Positions 10,279 to 20,467 of a stretch of 64,000 bases of DNA are shown here, piece by piece (the stretch's first letter is position 1; every line of letters begins with the position of its first letter). This DNA comes from an uncultured Bacteroidales bacterium (GTDB lineage: Bacteria; Bacteroidota; Bacteroidia; Bacteroidales; VadinHA17). The position numbers and the translations under genes are program-made. The notes beneath the pieces are model-generated. The model was not told the origin of the DNA and searched no databases. It saw only the letters and a list, made by a program, of their open reading frames with translations. Location: positions 1,280,139 to 1,344,138 of the forward strand of contig CAWGJX010000004.1 in NCBI GenBank assembly GCA_963823065.1, in the 5' to 3' direction.

Positions 10279-11439
10279 ATGATCCGAAGTGATAAAATAT
10301 TATTCCTTTATTTAACGACCCTCATAATACTTGTTGGGGCAGGATGCAAGCATAATGTTAAAAACGGCAAACAAGGTATAAAGAGTAAAACAGATGTAAT
10401 TGTCAATGCCAGGCGGCTTAGTATTGAGCATAAAAAAGGGTGGGTAGAAGTTAAAATATTTAATCCCTGGCAGGGGGCAGCAAATGTCAGTCAGACCTAT
10501 TTCCTCGTGAAAAGAGGATCAAAACTACCTCATGGATTGGATTCTTCCGAAATTATTTTTGTACCTCTGAAAAAGATAATATGTATGTCAACTACATATA
10601 TCGCTATGATTTCAGAGCTGGGAGAAGAAAATTCCATTATCGGAGTTTCGGGGGCCGATTTTGTTTATTCACCAGACTTTGCAAAGAATTTTGCAAACGG
10701 ATCAGTTGCAGATGTAGGTTATGAAGCAAACCTTAATAAGGAATTAATCCTTAAGCTTTCACCCGATCTGGTAATGATATATGGAATAGGAAGTGAATCG
10801 ACGGGATATGTCGGGAAAATAAAAGAACTTGGAATAAAAGTTATTATGAATGCAGATTACCTTGAAACAGATCCTTTAGGAAGAGCTGAATGGCTAAAAC
10901 TGTTTGGAGCTTTATATTGTAAAGAGAATCTGGCGGATAGTATATATGATTCTGAAGTCGATAAATATAGTAAGCTGAAGACATATATTCATGAAATTGT
11001 TAAGGATAAACCAAAAGTATTACTCGGACTTCCATTTAAGGATACATGGTATGTTTCGCCAGGTAATTCATATATCAGCCGGTTAATTGCTGATGCCGGA
11101 GGGGATTATTTATGGAGTGACATAACGTCTGATATATCAATGCCTTATGGAATAGAAAATGTTTTTTTAAGAGGTCTTAAGGCTGACTTCTGGTTGAATA
11201 TTGGCACTGTCGGATCCAGAAAGGAAATCTCGGCACTTGATCAGCGTTTGGCAAATCTTCCCTGTTATATTAATGATAATCTTTACAATAATAATAACAG
11301 GGTATCAGTAAAAGGAGGAAACGATTTTTGGGAAAGTGGAATTCTTTATCCTCACCTTCTTTTAAAGGATATAGCGACAATACTTCATCCCGAATTATTC
11401 ACTGATCATGGCTTAGTATATTACAGGAAAATTTATTAA
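10279..11439 (+). CDS. btuF: ABC transporter periplasmic substrate-binding lipoprotein (BtuF/FecB class)
   Basis: Lipobox LVGAGCKH. Class III binding-protein-like sequence. Located in an operon with the FecCD permease and ATPase genes. Confidence 0.7.
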   Translation: MIRSDKILFLYLTTLIILVGAGCKHNVKNGKQGIKSKTDVIVNARRLSIEHKKGWVEVKIFNPWQGAANVSQTYFLVKRGSKLPHGLDSSEIIFVPLKKIICMSTTYIAMISELGEENSIIGVSGADFVYSPDFAKNFANGSVADVGYEANLNKELILKLSPDLVMIYGIGSESTGYVGKIKELGIKVIMNADYLETDPLGRAEWLKLFGALYCKENLADSIYDSEVDKYSKLKTYIHEIVKDKPKVLLGLPFKDTWYVSPGNSYISRLIADAGGDYLWSDITSDISMPYGIENVFLRGLKADFWLNIGTVGSRKEISALDQRLANLPCYINDNLYNNNNRVSVKGGNDFWESGILYPHLLLKDIATILHPELFTDHGLVYYRKIY

Positions 11440-11449
11440 TACCGTTCAC

Positions 11450-12517
11450 TTGGAAACCGCAGGTAAAAGATTATTATCAGCTGATATTAATTCAGGAAGA
11501 AAAGTCAGAATCCTTTTTTTGATACTTTTCGCGCTGCTGATCATTTTTTTTATTCTTGATGTTTTTTTGGGGTCGGTGAGTATAAGCGCCTCAGATGTAA
11601 TAAATGCATTCTTCAGGCATACAGGAAGTAATTTTGAGACCATTATACTGAAATTCAGATTACCTAAAGCTATCACTGCTTTGACTGTTGGTGTGGCCTT
11701 GTCATTAAGCGGTCTTCAGATGCAGACAGTTTTCAGGAATCCAATGGCAGGACCTTATGTTCTGGGTATAAGTTCAGGTGCAAGTCTTGGTGTGGCTTTT
11801 GTCATTCTTGGTTTTTCCTCAGGTATGACAGTTGAAAGTCTTCATGGCCTTGGAAACTGGATTCTTGTTGTGGCATCATGGGTCGGAGCAGGTGCAGTGA
11901 TGCTATTAATAATGGTCATCTCATCTAAGGTTAAGGACATAATGACCTTACTTATTCTTGGCATAATGCTTTCAAGCGGAATATCTGCAATTGTGACAAT
12001 TATGCAGTATTTCAGCAATGAGACAATGCTTAAAGCATATGTTATCTGGACGATGGGAAGCTTAGGAAATCTAACTACAAATCAGTTAAGTGTTTTATTA
12101 ATTTCCGTTTCAGCAGGAGTAATCCTCAGTCTGGTCTCATCAAAGTGGTTAAATGCGTTACTCCTTGGAGAAAATTATGCGACAAGCATTGGGCTGAATG
12201 TAAAATTTGCGAGAACATTAATATTTTTGTGTACAAGTATACTGGCAGGCAGTGTTACTGCATTTTGCGGACCTATCGGATTCATTGGAATTGCAGTGCC
12301 TCATATTGTCAGAATCATTTTTAAAAGATCCGATCACAAGGTATTGATACCTGGGACAATTCTTGCTGGCGGATCCATAATGCTGCTCAGTGATATAATT
12401 TCACAATTGCCCGGGTCGGAAAGCATTCTTCCTGTAAATGCTGTCACTTCATTAATTGGCATCCCGGTGGTTATCTGGGTTATCTTTCGGAACAGAAAAT
12501 ATTCAGGTTCATTCTGA
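11450..12517 (+). CDS. btuC: FecCD-family ABC permease (BtuC-like)
   Basis: About 9-10 hydrophobic helices and typical FecCD strings (LALSLSGLQMQTVFRNPMAGPYVLGISSGASLG). Confidence 0.85.
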   Translation: METAGKRLLSADINSGRKVRILFLILFALLIIFFILDVFLGSVSISASDVINAFFRHTGSNFETIILKFRLPKAITALTVGVALSLSGLQMQTVFRNPMAGPYVLGISSGASLGVAFVILGFSSGMTVESLHGLGNWILVVASWVGAGAVMLLIMVISSKVKDIMTLLILGIMLSSGISAIVTIMQYFSNETMLKAYVIWTMGSLGNLTTNQLSVLLISVSAGVILSLVSSKWLNALLLGENYATSIGLNVKFARTLIFLCTSILAGSVTAFCGPIGFIGIAVPHIVRIIFKRSDHKVLIPGTILAGGSIMLLSDIISQLPGSESILPVNAVTSLIGIPVVIWVIFRNRKYSGSF

Positions 12518-13539
12518 TGGAGAAAAATTCTAAAAAAATATTATCTCTCAGCTCACTGAAAATCGGTTATGTTTCAGGAAAAAATGAACTTGTACTTCTT
12601 CCGCCTCTTGATGCCAGCGCAGACAAAGGGGAGCTCATAGCTGTAATTGGCAGGAACGGAATCGGGAAAAGCACTCTTCTAAGAACGGTAGCTGGTTTGC
12701 AGAAATCTCTGGGCGGCGAGATTCTGTATGACGGTAAAAACATATCAAATTTCTCACTTATGGAACTGGCACAGAAAGTGGGCTACATTTCCACCGAGAC
12801 AGTTAAGGTAAGCAATATGAGGGTTTATGATCTGGTTGCACTTGGAAGATTTCCCCATACTAACTGGATTGGGAAAATTGAGCCAAAAGATCATGAAGCA
12901 ATTGTGGATGCTTTGGAAAAGACATCGATGTACTCATTCAGAAACAGATTTGTTTCTGAGCTTTCCGATGGCGAGAGACAAAAAGCAATGATAGCACGGA
13001 TACTGGCACAGGATACAGGAGTCATGATAATGGATGAACCAACGGCGTTTCTGGACGTTGGCAGCAAATATGAGATTTTTCATCTTCTGAACATTTTATC
13101 AAATAACAACAATAAAACAATTATCTTCTCCACACACGATCTCCAGATGGCTATCAGTCAGTCAGATATAATCTGGCTGATACTTGATGATGAGCTTGTT
13201 ACAGGATCACCTGAAGATCTTATGATTGCCGGTGCATTTGAGCATCTTTTTGATCGCTCTGCTGTTTTGTTTAATTCTGACGATGGCACTTTTTCATTTC
13301 GGAATGACACAAAGGGGAACATCTACGTCGAGGGAGCCGGAAATAAGAGGCACTGGACAGAAAAAGCGGTAGAAAGGGCAGGTTTCACTGTTTCAGGACA
13401 AATGACATCTATTTACATAATAACACCAAGTGATAATAATGATAAGTGGAGGCTCATGTCAAGCAACAACAACAAGGAATTCAACTCGCTTTATGAACTT
13501 ATAACCAGCCTGAAAAAACAGGTAATTAACCCTTTTTGA
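12517..13539 (+). CDS. btuD: ABC transporter ATP-binding protein (BtuD/FepC-like) with a C-terminal extension
   Basis: Walker A GRNGIGKST, signature LSDGERQ, Walker B MIMDEPTAFLD. The start overlaps the permease stop. Confidence 0.85.
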   Translation: MEKNSKKILSLSSLKIGYVSGKNELVLLPPLDASADKGELIAVIGRNGIGKSTLLRTVAGLQKSLGGEILYDGKNISNFSLMELAQKVGYISTETVKVSNMRVYDLVALGRFPHTNWIGKIEPKDHEAIVDALEKTSMYSFRNRFVSELSDGERQKAMIARILAQDTGVMIMDEPTAFLDVGSKYEIFHLLNILSNNNNKTIIFSTHDLQMAISQSDIIWLILDDELVTGSPEDLMIAGAFEHLFDRSAVLFNSDDGTFSFRNDTKGNIYVEGAGNKRHWTEKAVERAGFTVSGQMTSIYIITPSDNNDKWRLMSSNNNKEFNSLYELITSLKKQVINPF

Positions 13540-14950
13540 AATACTTCCTGTAGTTTTCAATAAACGGACCGATTTCCTCAACACCTAGTTTCTTTGCAAT
13601 AATTTTTTTGTTTTTATCAAGAATATAGATAGTCGGAGTTGATTGGACATTATAGTAATAATCGAAATGAGAGCTTCGTGTCGGGTCCCATCCGTTTATC
13701 CATGTAATTTTATTATCTTCAATATATTTGGTCCATTTAGCCTTGTCAGATGTTGTGCAGACAGCGAAGACTTCTACTCCATAATCTTTAGGCTTATCAT
13801 AATAAGCTTTAAGTTTGGGTGTGGCTTCCTTGCAATGTCCGCAATCAGGTTCCCAAAAATACAGGATTGTAAAATCTTTAGTCACATCATATAAGGAAAC
13901 GAATATTCCTTTGTACGAATCCATTACTAAATTTTCAGCTTTTTTCCCAATAAGATTAGGCCTGATCATGTCAATTTGTTTTCGCAGATAACTTTTAAAC
14001 TCTTTTGTTACCCAGTCTGCTTTACCTGAAAGGTATATATCATCTGCTATCTTAACTAAAACAGCATCCTGTCCCATTATTTCGCTTTCTCTGAAATGAT
14101 TATATAGATATACTGCAACGAACTGAAAAACCTTATAATTGCCGCTGCATTTTTTAATTAATTTATCAATTTCCTTATTAATGGAATCTGGAGCCTGAAT
14201 AAGGACATTAGTAAAGAATGCATCAAGTCGGGAATATAATATTGGTGTACGTAATAATCTTTCATCATTGAAGTCAATATTATCAAAATAATGATTCTTA
14301 GTATAAAGATAAGATCTTATCCATCGCACTGAATCAGGGTTCGTGAATCCGACAGTTGAAAATTCCGGAACGTCAACAGGCAATAAAGCTTTAACAAGAG
14401 TCGCGAGTAGATTGCCATTATTAGCTCTTATAACACTTTTAATATATGTCTTCATGTTTTCTTCCTGAGTCTTCTGCATTGGTTCAAGAATCTTCAGCGA
14501 ATCGCTCTTTTGCCTGTTATTCTGAATTCGTCTGGAGATCGCGGAAGCACGTTGTTGCATTCTTGCCCAATTTTTCTGGTATTCAAGAAATGCAGTATTT
14601 TCATCAGATCCTGTAAATTTCAATGTCTTAAAGTAATCCTTATAAGAACAGCTGACAGAAAAGCGTTGATCCGTTGACATCAGCATTTCAAAATATTTCC
14701 TGCCTGGCAGGACAATCATATAAATTCCTTGAGGAAGAGCCTCACGGCCCTGCGCAATGGCATGACCAGCTCCGTTGAGTCGAATTGTGTCATTAATATA
14801 TTGTTTATCACCCAGATAATATGCCATATAAACAGTAGAATCCGGAAGATCTTTAATTGTTATATCAATTTCATAGCCATTTTTTAATTGTCCGAATGAT
14901 AGTCCAGCCTGAAATAACAAATAAAGAAGAAATATATATTTTCTCATCAT
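13526..14950 (-). CDS. Secreted thioredoxin-fold protein (TlpA/AhpC-TSA-like) with an N-terminal accessory domain
   Basis: Signal peptide MMRKYIFLLYLLFQAGLSFGQ. CxxC motif WEPDCGHCK in the C-terminal domain. The 3' end overlaps btuD by 14 nt, with the genes convergent. Confidence 0.75.
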   Translation of the reverse strand: MMRKYIFLLYLLFQAGLSFGQLKNGYEIDITIKDLPDSTVYMAYYLGDKQYINDTIRLNGAGHAIAQGREALPQGIYMIVLPGRKYFEMLMSTDQRFSVSCSYKDYFKTLKFTGSDENTAFLEYQKNWARMQQRASAISRRIQNNRQKSDSLKILEPMQKTQEENMKTYIKSVIRANNGNLLATLVKALLPVDVPEFSTVGFTNPDSVRWIRSYLYTKNHYFDNIDFNDERLLRTPILYSRLDAFFTNVLIQAPDSINKEIDKLIKKCSGNYKVFQFVAVYLYNHFRESEIMGQDAVLVKIADDIYLSGKADWVTKEFKSYLRKQIDMIRPNLIGKKAENLVMDSYKGIFVSLYDVTKDFTILYFWEPDCGHCKEATPKLKAYYDKPKDYGVEVFAVCTTSDKAKWTKYIEDNKITWINGWDPTRSSHFDYYYNVQSTPTIYILDKNKKIIAKKLGVEEIGPFIENYRKYFKKG

Positions 14951-15067
14951 AAATACAATTACATAGGAATTATGCAAAATTAGCATATGCAATTTCTTTG
15001 CCAAAGATTACATAACAAAATATTACGAAAATATGTTGTACATTTGATATTATAAGCATCGGTTAAA

Positions 15068-16003
15068 ATGAAGATTTCTTTGCTGATTCCCGTACTTGAT
15101 TATGATATAATTGCACTTGTTCATAGCATGAAAGATGCGATGAACAAAGTTCCGGAATTCTACGAAATTCTTATTGGAGATGATGGTTCTACACCGGAGT
15201 ATAGCGAAAAATATCATTCTCTGGAAACTGCAAATGTCAGGGTGATTTCATCGGAAAAGAATATAGGAAGGGCTGCTATCAGGAATAAACTGGCCCTTGA
15301 GGCACAGGGTGACTTTCTGCTTTTCATAGATGCTGATGTAATGATGCCGGGTACTGCTGAAGCCTATATTTTAAACTGGCTTCCTTATTTGAATAAATCG
15401 CGGGTAATATGTGGCGGAATTCTTTACCATGACAGTCCCCCGGGTGATCCTGATAAAATGTTGAGATGGAAATATGGTAAATGGCGCGAGCAGAAAACGG
15501 CTGCTGAAAGAAACAAACATCCACATTTCGGATTTTCGACATTTAATGTGATGATTGAAAGATCCGTTTTCTTAAAAATTCGCTTTAATGAAGAGTTGAA
15601 ACAATACGGACACGAGGATACTTTACTTGGCTATCAGCTGAAAAAGGCGAACATAAGTATTCTGCATATCGATAACGGTCTTATGCACGAAGGTCTCGAA
15701 TCAAATGGCGAGTATCTCAAAAAGACCAAACTCGGTATTGAAAATCTGAGCAAGCTTTATGATAAGGTAACTGATAAGAGTGCGTTTTCAGAGACAGTTC
15801 TATTGCTGAAAATTTATGATAAGCTCAGGTATTTTGGAATAACGAGGATACTTGCAGCAATATTTATAAAGTACAGAGAGAGGATGGAAATAAGGCTTGA
15901 CTCCAGCAATATTTCACTTTTATTATTTGGCTTCTATAAGATGAGCATGTTCAGTACATATCGCGAAATTCACAGAAGAAAGAATATCCTTCCCATATTT
16001 TGA
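15068..16003 (+). CDS. Family 2 glycosyltransferase
   Basis: ILIGDDGST and FIDADV (DxD) motifs in a GT-A fold N-terminus. Confidence 0.7.
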   Translation: MKISLLIPVLDYDIIALVHSMKDAMNKVPEFYEILIGDDGSTPEYSEKYHSLETANVRVISSEKNIGRAAIRNKLALEAQGDFLLFIDADVMMPGTAEAYILNWLPYLNKSRVICGGILYHDSPPGDPDKMLRWKYGKWREQKTAAERNKHPHFGFSTFNVMIERSVFLKIRFNEELKQYGHEDTLLGYQLKKANISILHIDNGLMHEGLESNGEYLKKTKLGIENLSKLYDKVTDKSAFSETVLLLKIYDKLRYFGITRILAAIFIKYRERMEIRLDSSNISLLLFGFYKMSMFSTYREIHRRKNILPIF

Positions 16004-16103
16004 TATTTAACCTGAAATAATCTGCGAATAGACTCGTCAAGGCTTTTGTTGATACCAATTCGCATTAGGCAGGTTCAATTTTAGAAGCTTAATATTGAGT
16101 ATG

Positions 16104-16796
16104 TTATAAATCAATTCTCATAAGGTCTATATTTCCATCTGATCTTTTTATTGCCTGTAAAACAAAATCGAACCTGCTTACTATTGTACAGAGAAAAAAA
16201 TCAGTAGGAGGAGAGAAATCAATATTTCCCGGATTAAAAAAGCGTTGTCCGGAAGTGTATTGCAGATCAGCAATTCTGCTTTCAAAATCACCTGATCCAT
16301 TTTTCAGTTTAGCGCCGATCATCTCAGCACACAGGAGATCTTCTTCTGCTGAAACCGTTGCACGGTATCCCATCGCGACCAGCGATACAACGTTGGCATT
16401 AATTGATTTTGTATATTTTACTATTGCATCAGCATTTACAAAACTGCCTGTCAACACAATATCAGCATTTATTGCACTTATGAGCCCTTGTGTCCCTGCC
16501 GTAGTAGTATGAATAACAGTTTTTCCTGAAAGATTGGCTTTTATAATTTCTGTCGGGCTATTTCCAAAATCGAATCCTTCAATTTTTTTCTCATCCCGTT
16601 CCCCAACCAGAACTGAATTTTTGTATTTCTTCTTCAATAAAAATGCTTCTGAGACTTCTGAAGTTGCAATTATTCTAGACGCTCCTGCGTCGATCGCATA
16701 ACAAGCAACTGAAAATGCTCTGAATACATCAATGATGATAGCCAGTCCGTCAGCTCTGCGGGCTCCATCAACAAATTCAAGAATGTTAATTTTCAT
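16104..16796 (-). CDS. 2-phosphosulfolactate phosphatase (ComB) family protein
   Basis: The N-terminal string AIIIDVFRAFSVACYAIDAGASRIIA and the 230-aa length match my recollection of the ComB family. Confidence 0.65.
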   Translation of the reverse strand: MKINILEFVDGARRADGLAIIIDVFRAFSVACYAIDAGASRIIATSEVSEAFLLKKKYKNSVLVGERDEKKIEGFDFGNSPTEIIKANLSGKTVIHTTTAGTQGLISAINADIVLTGSFVNADAIVKYTKSINANVVSLVAMGYRATVSAEEDLLCAEMIGAKLKNGSGDFESRIADLQYTSGQRFFNPGNIDFSPPTDFFLCTIVSRFDFVLQAIKRSDGNIDLMRIDL

Positions 16797-16923
16797 TTTG
16801 AGATAAATTTTGAGTGAAAATAACCTTTTTTTTTACTTTGCTTCATTCCATAGCATCAGGTATTTTGTATATTTGATCTTCATACATAAAATAACATATT
16901 GATATTAATGCAAATATAACGTT

Positions 16924-18261
16924 ATGGTTAATCCTGTTACATGGGCACTTGACAAATTAAAAAAACTTAATGATATAATATGGCAGACTCCTCTCATCGA
17001 AATTTCAAAGGGCAGGACTTTTGTATTTAAGCAATTAAGGATTTTCATCCTGGCAGCAAGAGGGTTTTCAAATGATAAAGCCCAGCTCAGGGCATCAGCG
17101 CTGACGTTTTATTCACTATTATCGGTTATTCCTGTGGCTGCAATTGCATTTGCCATTGCTAAAGGATTTGGTCTCGATCAGAAGCTTCAGGAACTTATTA
17201 TAGATAAATTCCAGTCAGAACAGGAGGTATTGAAATGGATGTTGCAGAATGCGACAAGTGCTCTTGAAAAAACCAGTGGAGGCTATATGGCCGGTGTTGG
17301 AGTGATAATTCTTTTCTGGTCGGTTATGTCGTTGCTCAATCACATTGAAAGTTCATTCAATCACATATGGCAGATCAGGGAATCTCGGCCATGGTACAGG
17401 AAATTTACAGATTATCTGACAATAATGCTTATCGCGCCTGTTTTCATAATACTTTCCAGTGGTCTTACAGGCTACAATATTGCTCAGCTTCCTGTCGATA
17501 TCGCTGGTGCACATATCATTGACTTTTTTAAACCCCTTATTAGTTTTTTAGTAAAGTTGGCTCCTTATTTTCTCACCTGGATTACCCTCACCGTGTTATT
17601 TATAGTAATGCCAAATGCAAAAGTAAAATTTGTTCCGGCAGCAATTGCCGGGATAATTGCAGGCACTGTACTTCAGGTGATTCAGTGGTTATATCTTGAT
17701 CTGCAGTTCGGAATAACAAAACTGAGTTACATATACGGAAGTTTTGCGGCTGTACCGTTATTTATTATCTGGTTACAGAGTAGCTGGACTGTAGTCCTTC
17801 TCGGGGCAGAAATTTCTTTTGCAAATCAGAATATATCACGCTATGAGATGGAATCGGAGGCTCTTAATATCAGTAATTATCAAAAGAGAGCTCTGACATT
17901 AATGATAATGCACATAATAATCAAAAATTTTTCACTCGGTGAAAAACCAATCAGCGCTGAATATATTGGAGCTAATCTCAAAATCCCGGTGCGGCTGGCG
18001 CGTGATATCCTTCAGGATCTTAGCAGTGCCAAACTTGTGTCCGTAGTTCATGAAAACGATGAAATAGAGAGGCTTTATCAACCAGCGATTGACATAAACG
18101 TGCTGACTGTAAGTTTTGTTTTTTCACGTCTTGACAAGCAGGGGATAGAACAGATAATGGTTATAAGAAACAAAGATTACGAGAAAGTTATTTCGATCCT
18201 TGAAAAATTTGACAAACTTGTTGCTAAATCAAATGCAAATATCCTGATCAAAGATCTTTAA
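16924..18261 (+). CDS. YihY/BrkB family membrane protein with an extra C-terminal soluble domain
   Basis: ASALTFYSLLSVIPVAAIAF and six predicted helices, typical of the YihY family, plus a C-terminal tail of about 130 aa. Confidence 0.7.
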   Translation: MVNPVTWALDKLKKLNDIIWQTPLIEISKGRTFVFKQLRIFILAARGFSNDKAQLRASALTFYSLLSVIPVAAIAFAIAKGFGLDQKLQELIIDKFQSEQEVLKWMLQNATSALEKTSGGYMAGVGVIILFWSVMSLLNHIESSFNHIWQIRESRPWYRKFTDYLTIMLIAPVFIILSSGLTGYNIAQLPVDIAGAHIIDFFKPLISFLVKLAPYFLTWITLTVLFIVMPNAKVKFVPAAIAGIIAGTVLQVIQWLYLDLQFGITKLSYIYGSFAAVPLFIIWLQSSWTVVLLGAEISFANQNISRYEMESEALNISNYQKRALTLMIMHIIIKNFSLGEKPISAEYIGANLKIPVRLARDILQDLSSAKLVSVVHENDEIERLYQPAIDINVLTVSFVFSRLDKQGIEQIMVIRNKDYEKVISILEKFDKLVAKSNANILIKDL

Positions 18262-18293
18262 AAAACAATTAATTGCTTAGTATAGTTGATAGT

Positions 18294-18971
18294 TCAATAT
18301 GTTTCAACAAAATGAACAAAATCAGCAAATGAGTTCCATTCATTGAACAGATAATGGGGAAGCTGCAGAACTATGTTTTTTGTATTTTTTTCTTTCGCCC
18401 AGTAACCTTCAAGGTTTTTTGAAGGGAAGACACGATCTTTCTCGCTTATTATAGCATAATCCCATTTAAATCCAGGGTCTCTTTGTTCCATTATTCTGTT
18501 ATATAGCCAGCGCAGTTCATCATGCAATGACTTAAGGGATCTGTGCGGAATTCTGTTAATGTTTGTCTGGTACGACTTTTTATCACCAAACACCCTGAAA
18601 TAAAATTTCAGGATATTTTCTTCAGTAATATTGTTTAATGTTCCTTCAAAAACATTTAGCGGTATTCCGTACAAATCATCGGCTGGAACAGGAGTTCCAT
18701 TTACAGCAATAGTCACATCAGGTCTGATGCCCGTTTTTGCCGAAAGGTATTCTGCTGCCCATACACCTAAAGACCATCCAATGAGCGTAATTTTTTCATA
18801 TGTTTTTATTTCCGGAAGGACAAGGGCTTCATCAGCAGAATAATTATAGAAGAGAATAAAGTCAAATTCGTCATTGCACAGAGGAGCGAAGACGTTTTCA
18901 TCTGTCCCCCAGCCACCAAATAAAACAATGAGATGAGTGTTTTTATCCCTCCTTCTGATATAGGTTTTCAT
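18294..18971 (-). CDS. bioG: Pimeloyl-ACP methyl ester esterase BioG (DUF452)
   Basis: HLIVLFGGWGT, LIGWSLGVWAAE (GxSxG nucleophile elbow) and AVNGTPVPADDLYGIPLNVFEGTL closely parallel my recollection of Haemophilus BioG. Confidence 0.75.
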   Translation of the reverse strand: MKTYIRRRDKNTHLIVLFGGWGTDENVFAPLCNDEFDFILFYNYSADEALVLPEIKTYEKITLIGWSLGVWAAEYLSAKTGIRPDVTIAVNGTPVPADDLYGIPLNVFEGTLNNITEENILKFYFRVFGDKKSYQTNINRIPHRSLKSLHDELRWLYNRIMEQRDPGFKWDYAIISEKDRVFPSKNLEGYWAKEKNTKNIVLQLPHYLFNEWNSFADFVHFVETY

Positions 18972-19571
18972 AATACTCTATACAGGTTTATGTTATAAAG
19001 ATTCAGCTTTCCCCATTTACTGAAAGATGTCAAAGGTAGTCTATTTTTAATACTTATTTCTCTGTTCGTTTGTTCATTATTCTTAATTCAAATTAGAAAA
19101 AAAATTTAAAAAATTAAGAATATTCGAAATCAGAATTCAGAATTCATAAAATACAGATATTTTGTCTGATAGCTTTTATAAAGGCAAGAATGATAGTGAA
19201 TTTGGCATTTAGAATCTTTAAAATAAAGACAAAAAAAAAGAGGAGCAGGGTGGTTGTGAGAATCAGGAGCGGGCTTTATTAATGAGATAATTCCCGTGTC
19301 TACTGTCTGATAAAAGGATGGAACCATGGTTAGCTGGCGCTATACCTTAAGTTCCTGATGTGAAAGTCAATGTCTGCAATACAATCCTGTTGATTTTCAC
19401 CTCCAACCCTTGCTCAACTCCTCTTAATACCAATAGTATGAGCCTGGAACAAATTTAAACATAAAAATGATTAATACATAAAAAAACCAGAAAAAAATAT
19501 GTAATTAAGTATTAATTATTGTTAAAATATTGCATAAATTTATAGTATACCACTATAATGTTTAAACGCCC

Positions 19572-20420
19572 ATGGTTGCCGAACTAGAGAAAATATTATA
19601 CGATGATGGAGGCGGTTTCCGGGCTGCTTACATAAACGATACCGGAGGATTATGGCATTTTCATCCTGAGTATGAACTTGTTTTGAATATTAAAAGTAAC
19701 GGTACAAGAATTGTTGGTGATAGCGTAGAGCTATTTGATAAGTACGATATGGTACTTATAGCAGGTAATATTCCACACTGCTGGAACTACTACAAACAAA
19801 ATGCCAGTCTTCCTGAAAATCATGGTATTGTAGTTAATTTTAAACTTGAATCTATCGGAGAAGCATTATTGTCGCAGCATGAACTTAGCAGTCTCAAAAA
19901 ACTTTTTCTTGAAGCTGACAGAGGAGTGGTTTTTTCAGAAGAAGATTCAAAACAGGCAGAAAAGCACTTGAAACTGATGGTTGAAAATAAAGGCATCGAT
20001 AAGATGATAGGTCTTTTCAATGTTTTTAAAATCTTATCTTCCTCCGGAAAACGGGCATTACTTTGTTCAGAAAACTATAAACTTGCCTTTGATGAGAGGG
20101 GAAATAAGAGAATGTCGGATGTCTATACTTATATAAGAGAAAATTATTTCAAAGCAATTCCTCTTGGAAAGATCGCAAAAATCGCAAAGATGAGTCCTAT
20201 TGCGTTCAGCAGATATTTCAAGAAAAATTCCGGGGCAGGTTTTGTTGAGTATCTCACCCGCGTAAGAACCAACAAGGCGTGCTATCTGCTTAGGGAAACT
20301 GAATATTCTGTTCATGATATTGCGATGGAATGCGGATTTGCAAGCATTTCAAATTTCAATAAACAGTTCCGTAAAACGGAAGGAAAATCGCCGAGAGATT
20401 TTAGGGCACAATTCAGATAG
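19572..20420 (+). CDS. AraC family transcriptional regulator (cupin sensor domain plus HTH)
   Basis: C-terminal AraC HTH (IAKIAKMSPIAFSRYFKK...HDIAMECGFASISNFNKQFRK). Confidence 0.85.
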   Translation: MVAELEKILYDDGGGFRAAYINDTGGLWHFHPEYELVLNIKSNGTRIVGDSVELFDKYDMVLIAGNIPHCWNYYKQNASLPENHGIVVNFKLESIGEALLSQHELSSLKKLFLEADRGVVFSEEDSKQAEKHLKLMVENKGIDKMIGLFNVFKILSSSGKRALLCSENYKLAFDERGNKRMSDVYTYIRENYFKAIPLGKIAKIAKMSPIAFSRYFKKNSGAGFVEYLTRVRTNKACYLLRETEYSVHDIAMECGFASISNFNKQFRKTEGKSPRDFRAQFR

Positions 20421-20467
20421 TGTCAGTTTCTTGTATTAATTTTATAACCCTGAAATTTTATTCAAAT

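Noticed and set aside
19130-19327. 65-aa minus-strand ORF in the bioG-araC spacer
   Set aside because: It has no family resemblance. It spans AT-rich spacer and the GC island boundary, and the island is better explained as non-coding structure.
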